This document shows positions 62,771 through 64,000 of a stretch of 64,000 nucleotides of DNA, one piece after another (the first letter of the stretch is position 1; each line of letters begins with the position of its first letter). Made by a program: the position numbers and the translations under genes. Where the stretch lies: the NCBI RefSeq assembly GCF_963921235.1, contig NC_086107.1, positions 101,310,001 to 101,374,000 of the forward strand. The letters are read 5' to 3'. Below the pieces are notes generated by a model, which was given only the letters and a program-made list of their open reading frames with translations, searched no databases and was not told where the DNA came from. The stretch comes from Mobula hypostoma. Its lineage: Eukaryota.

Positions 62771-63445
62771 TTCACTGTGTGTTTTCGGTGTAGGCGTATC
62801 AAATAAAGTTAACTTTTATCTTTATTCCAATGTCTACAGTTTTCAAGACTCATCAAATAAATGAGTCATCTCAGTATCCTGAAGGATTTTTATTCTTCGG
62901 TTGAGATCCTGGATACAGATTTTCTGTTCTGTCCTGGGATCTTGCTATGCACAAATGCTTGCTGTGTTCCTTACATGCAACTACACATTAAGAGTTCTTT
63001 GTTGGAGTTCTGGCATTGTCAAGTTACGAAAAGAAACAGGGAAAAGTAAGTATTTTACGAGCAGGGCTCAGGGACATAAAACTTAACAGAGCGGAGCACA
63101 GAAGAGTTTCTCCTGACCGTTGATGGCGTCTGTGTGGAGTTTGCATGTTCTCCCCTGTGACTGCATGGGGTTCCTCTGAGTACTGTGACTCCCCCCCCCC
63201 ACGTCCCCAAAGGAGTCTGGGTTGGTAGGTGAATTTTCTGCTGTAAATTACCCTAATCGCAAAGGGTGATAGAATCTGTTCGGAGTGGAAGGGAACAAGA
63301 GGAGAGTATAGAGTGGCTTTGGTGTGAAGGGCATGATATGACACTACAGAGGCATTTTTCTCCAAAGACCTGCTGGTTGGTAGTTAATTGGTCATTGTAC
63401 ATTGTCCCATGATTAGGCGCGGATTAAATTGGGGGATTGCTGGGA

Positions 63446-63745
63446 TGGCATGGTAACATAGTGGTTAGTGCATTGCTTTACAGTAACAGCAACCCAGGTT
63501 CAATTCCACGTCTGTCTGTAAGGAGTTTGTATGTTCTCCCCCTGAATGTGTGGGTTTCCTCTGGGTGCTTCGGTTTCCTCCCACAGTCCAAAGACGTACC
63601 GGTTGGTGGGTTAATTGGTCATTGTAAATTGTCCGGTGATTAGGCTAGGGTGAAATCGGTGATTAGGCTAGCGTTAAATCGGGGGATTGCTGGGCGGCGT
63701 GGCTCCAGGGATGGGAAGAGCTTATTCTGCACTGTATCTCAATTT
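63446..63745 (+). mobile_element. tRNA-derived SINE
   Basis: tggcatggtaacatagtggttag A box, ggttcaattcc B box and the conserved core. Confidence 0.85.
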
Positions 63746-64000
63746 AAAAATATTTTTTTAAGGATGATCAGATTTGTAGCCAGGCAGCTGAATATGAGAA
63801 TTGCAGAAGAGACCCATTCCAACACATGGTGGCTGGTCAAGGTTAGCACAGATGGCATCAGGAAACTCGTATTACGACCTCCTGCAGTCAAGAGACTACA
63901 AGTCCAAACATGCACTGTTATTTAAACTTAAGCGACCTTTGAATTGATGCATTTATTGCCTGCCTAGGTAACAATATCTCCCTGTCAGGAGGACTGGTTA

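Overview
This is eukaryotic, repeat-dense DNA. The repeat families (CR1, Rex1/Babar-type and RTE LINEs, Penelope remnants, V-SINE/HE1-like tRNA-SINEs, Tc1 and hAT elements) suggest a cartilaginous fish, probably a ray; that is an inference. Two host genes are firm. One is an intronless replication-independent linker histone H1.0 (minus, 56832-57425) with a complete H1.0-type promoter (TATA, H4 box, H1/AC box, TG box) and a polyA signal. The other is a tRNA-Arg(CCT) (minus, 1453-1525). The rest is mostly decayed transposons, including a full-length dead Tc1, solo LTRs with target-site duplications and a three-layer nested insertion. Points worth following up: (i) a decayed HDV-like ribozyme fold at an RTE-type 5' end and many Penelope-borne minimal hammerhead motifs, including an inverted pair just 3' of H1.0; (ii) a CpG-rich locus at 9-14 kb with duplicated exon-like units, which may be an unannotated spliced transcript; (iii) two independent CCAAT-box tandem arrays; (iv) unusual substitutions in the H1.0 DNA-binding surface and no S/TPXK motifs in the protein; (v) a multi-promoter CpG region upstream of H1.0. 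I found no clear evidence of a new protein-based system. Most ORF-track entries are transposon fragments or chance ORFs. Repeat boundaries are approximate unless a TIR or TSD is given.
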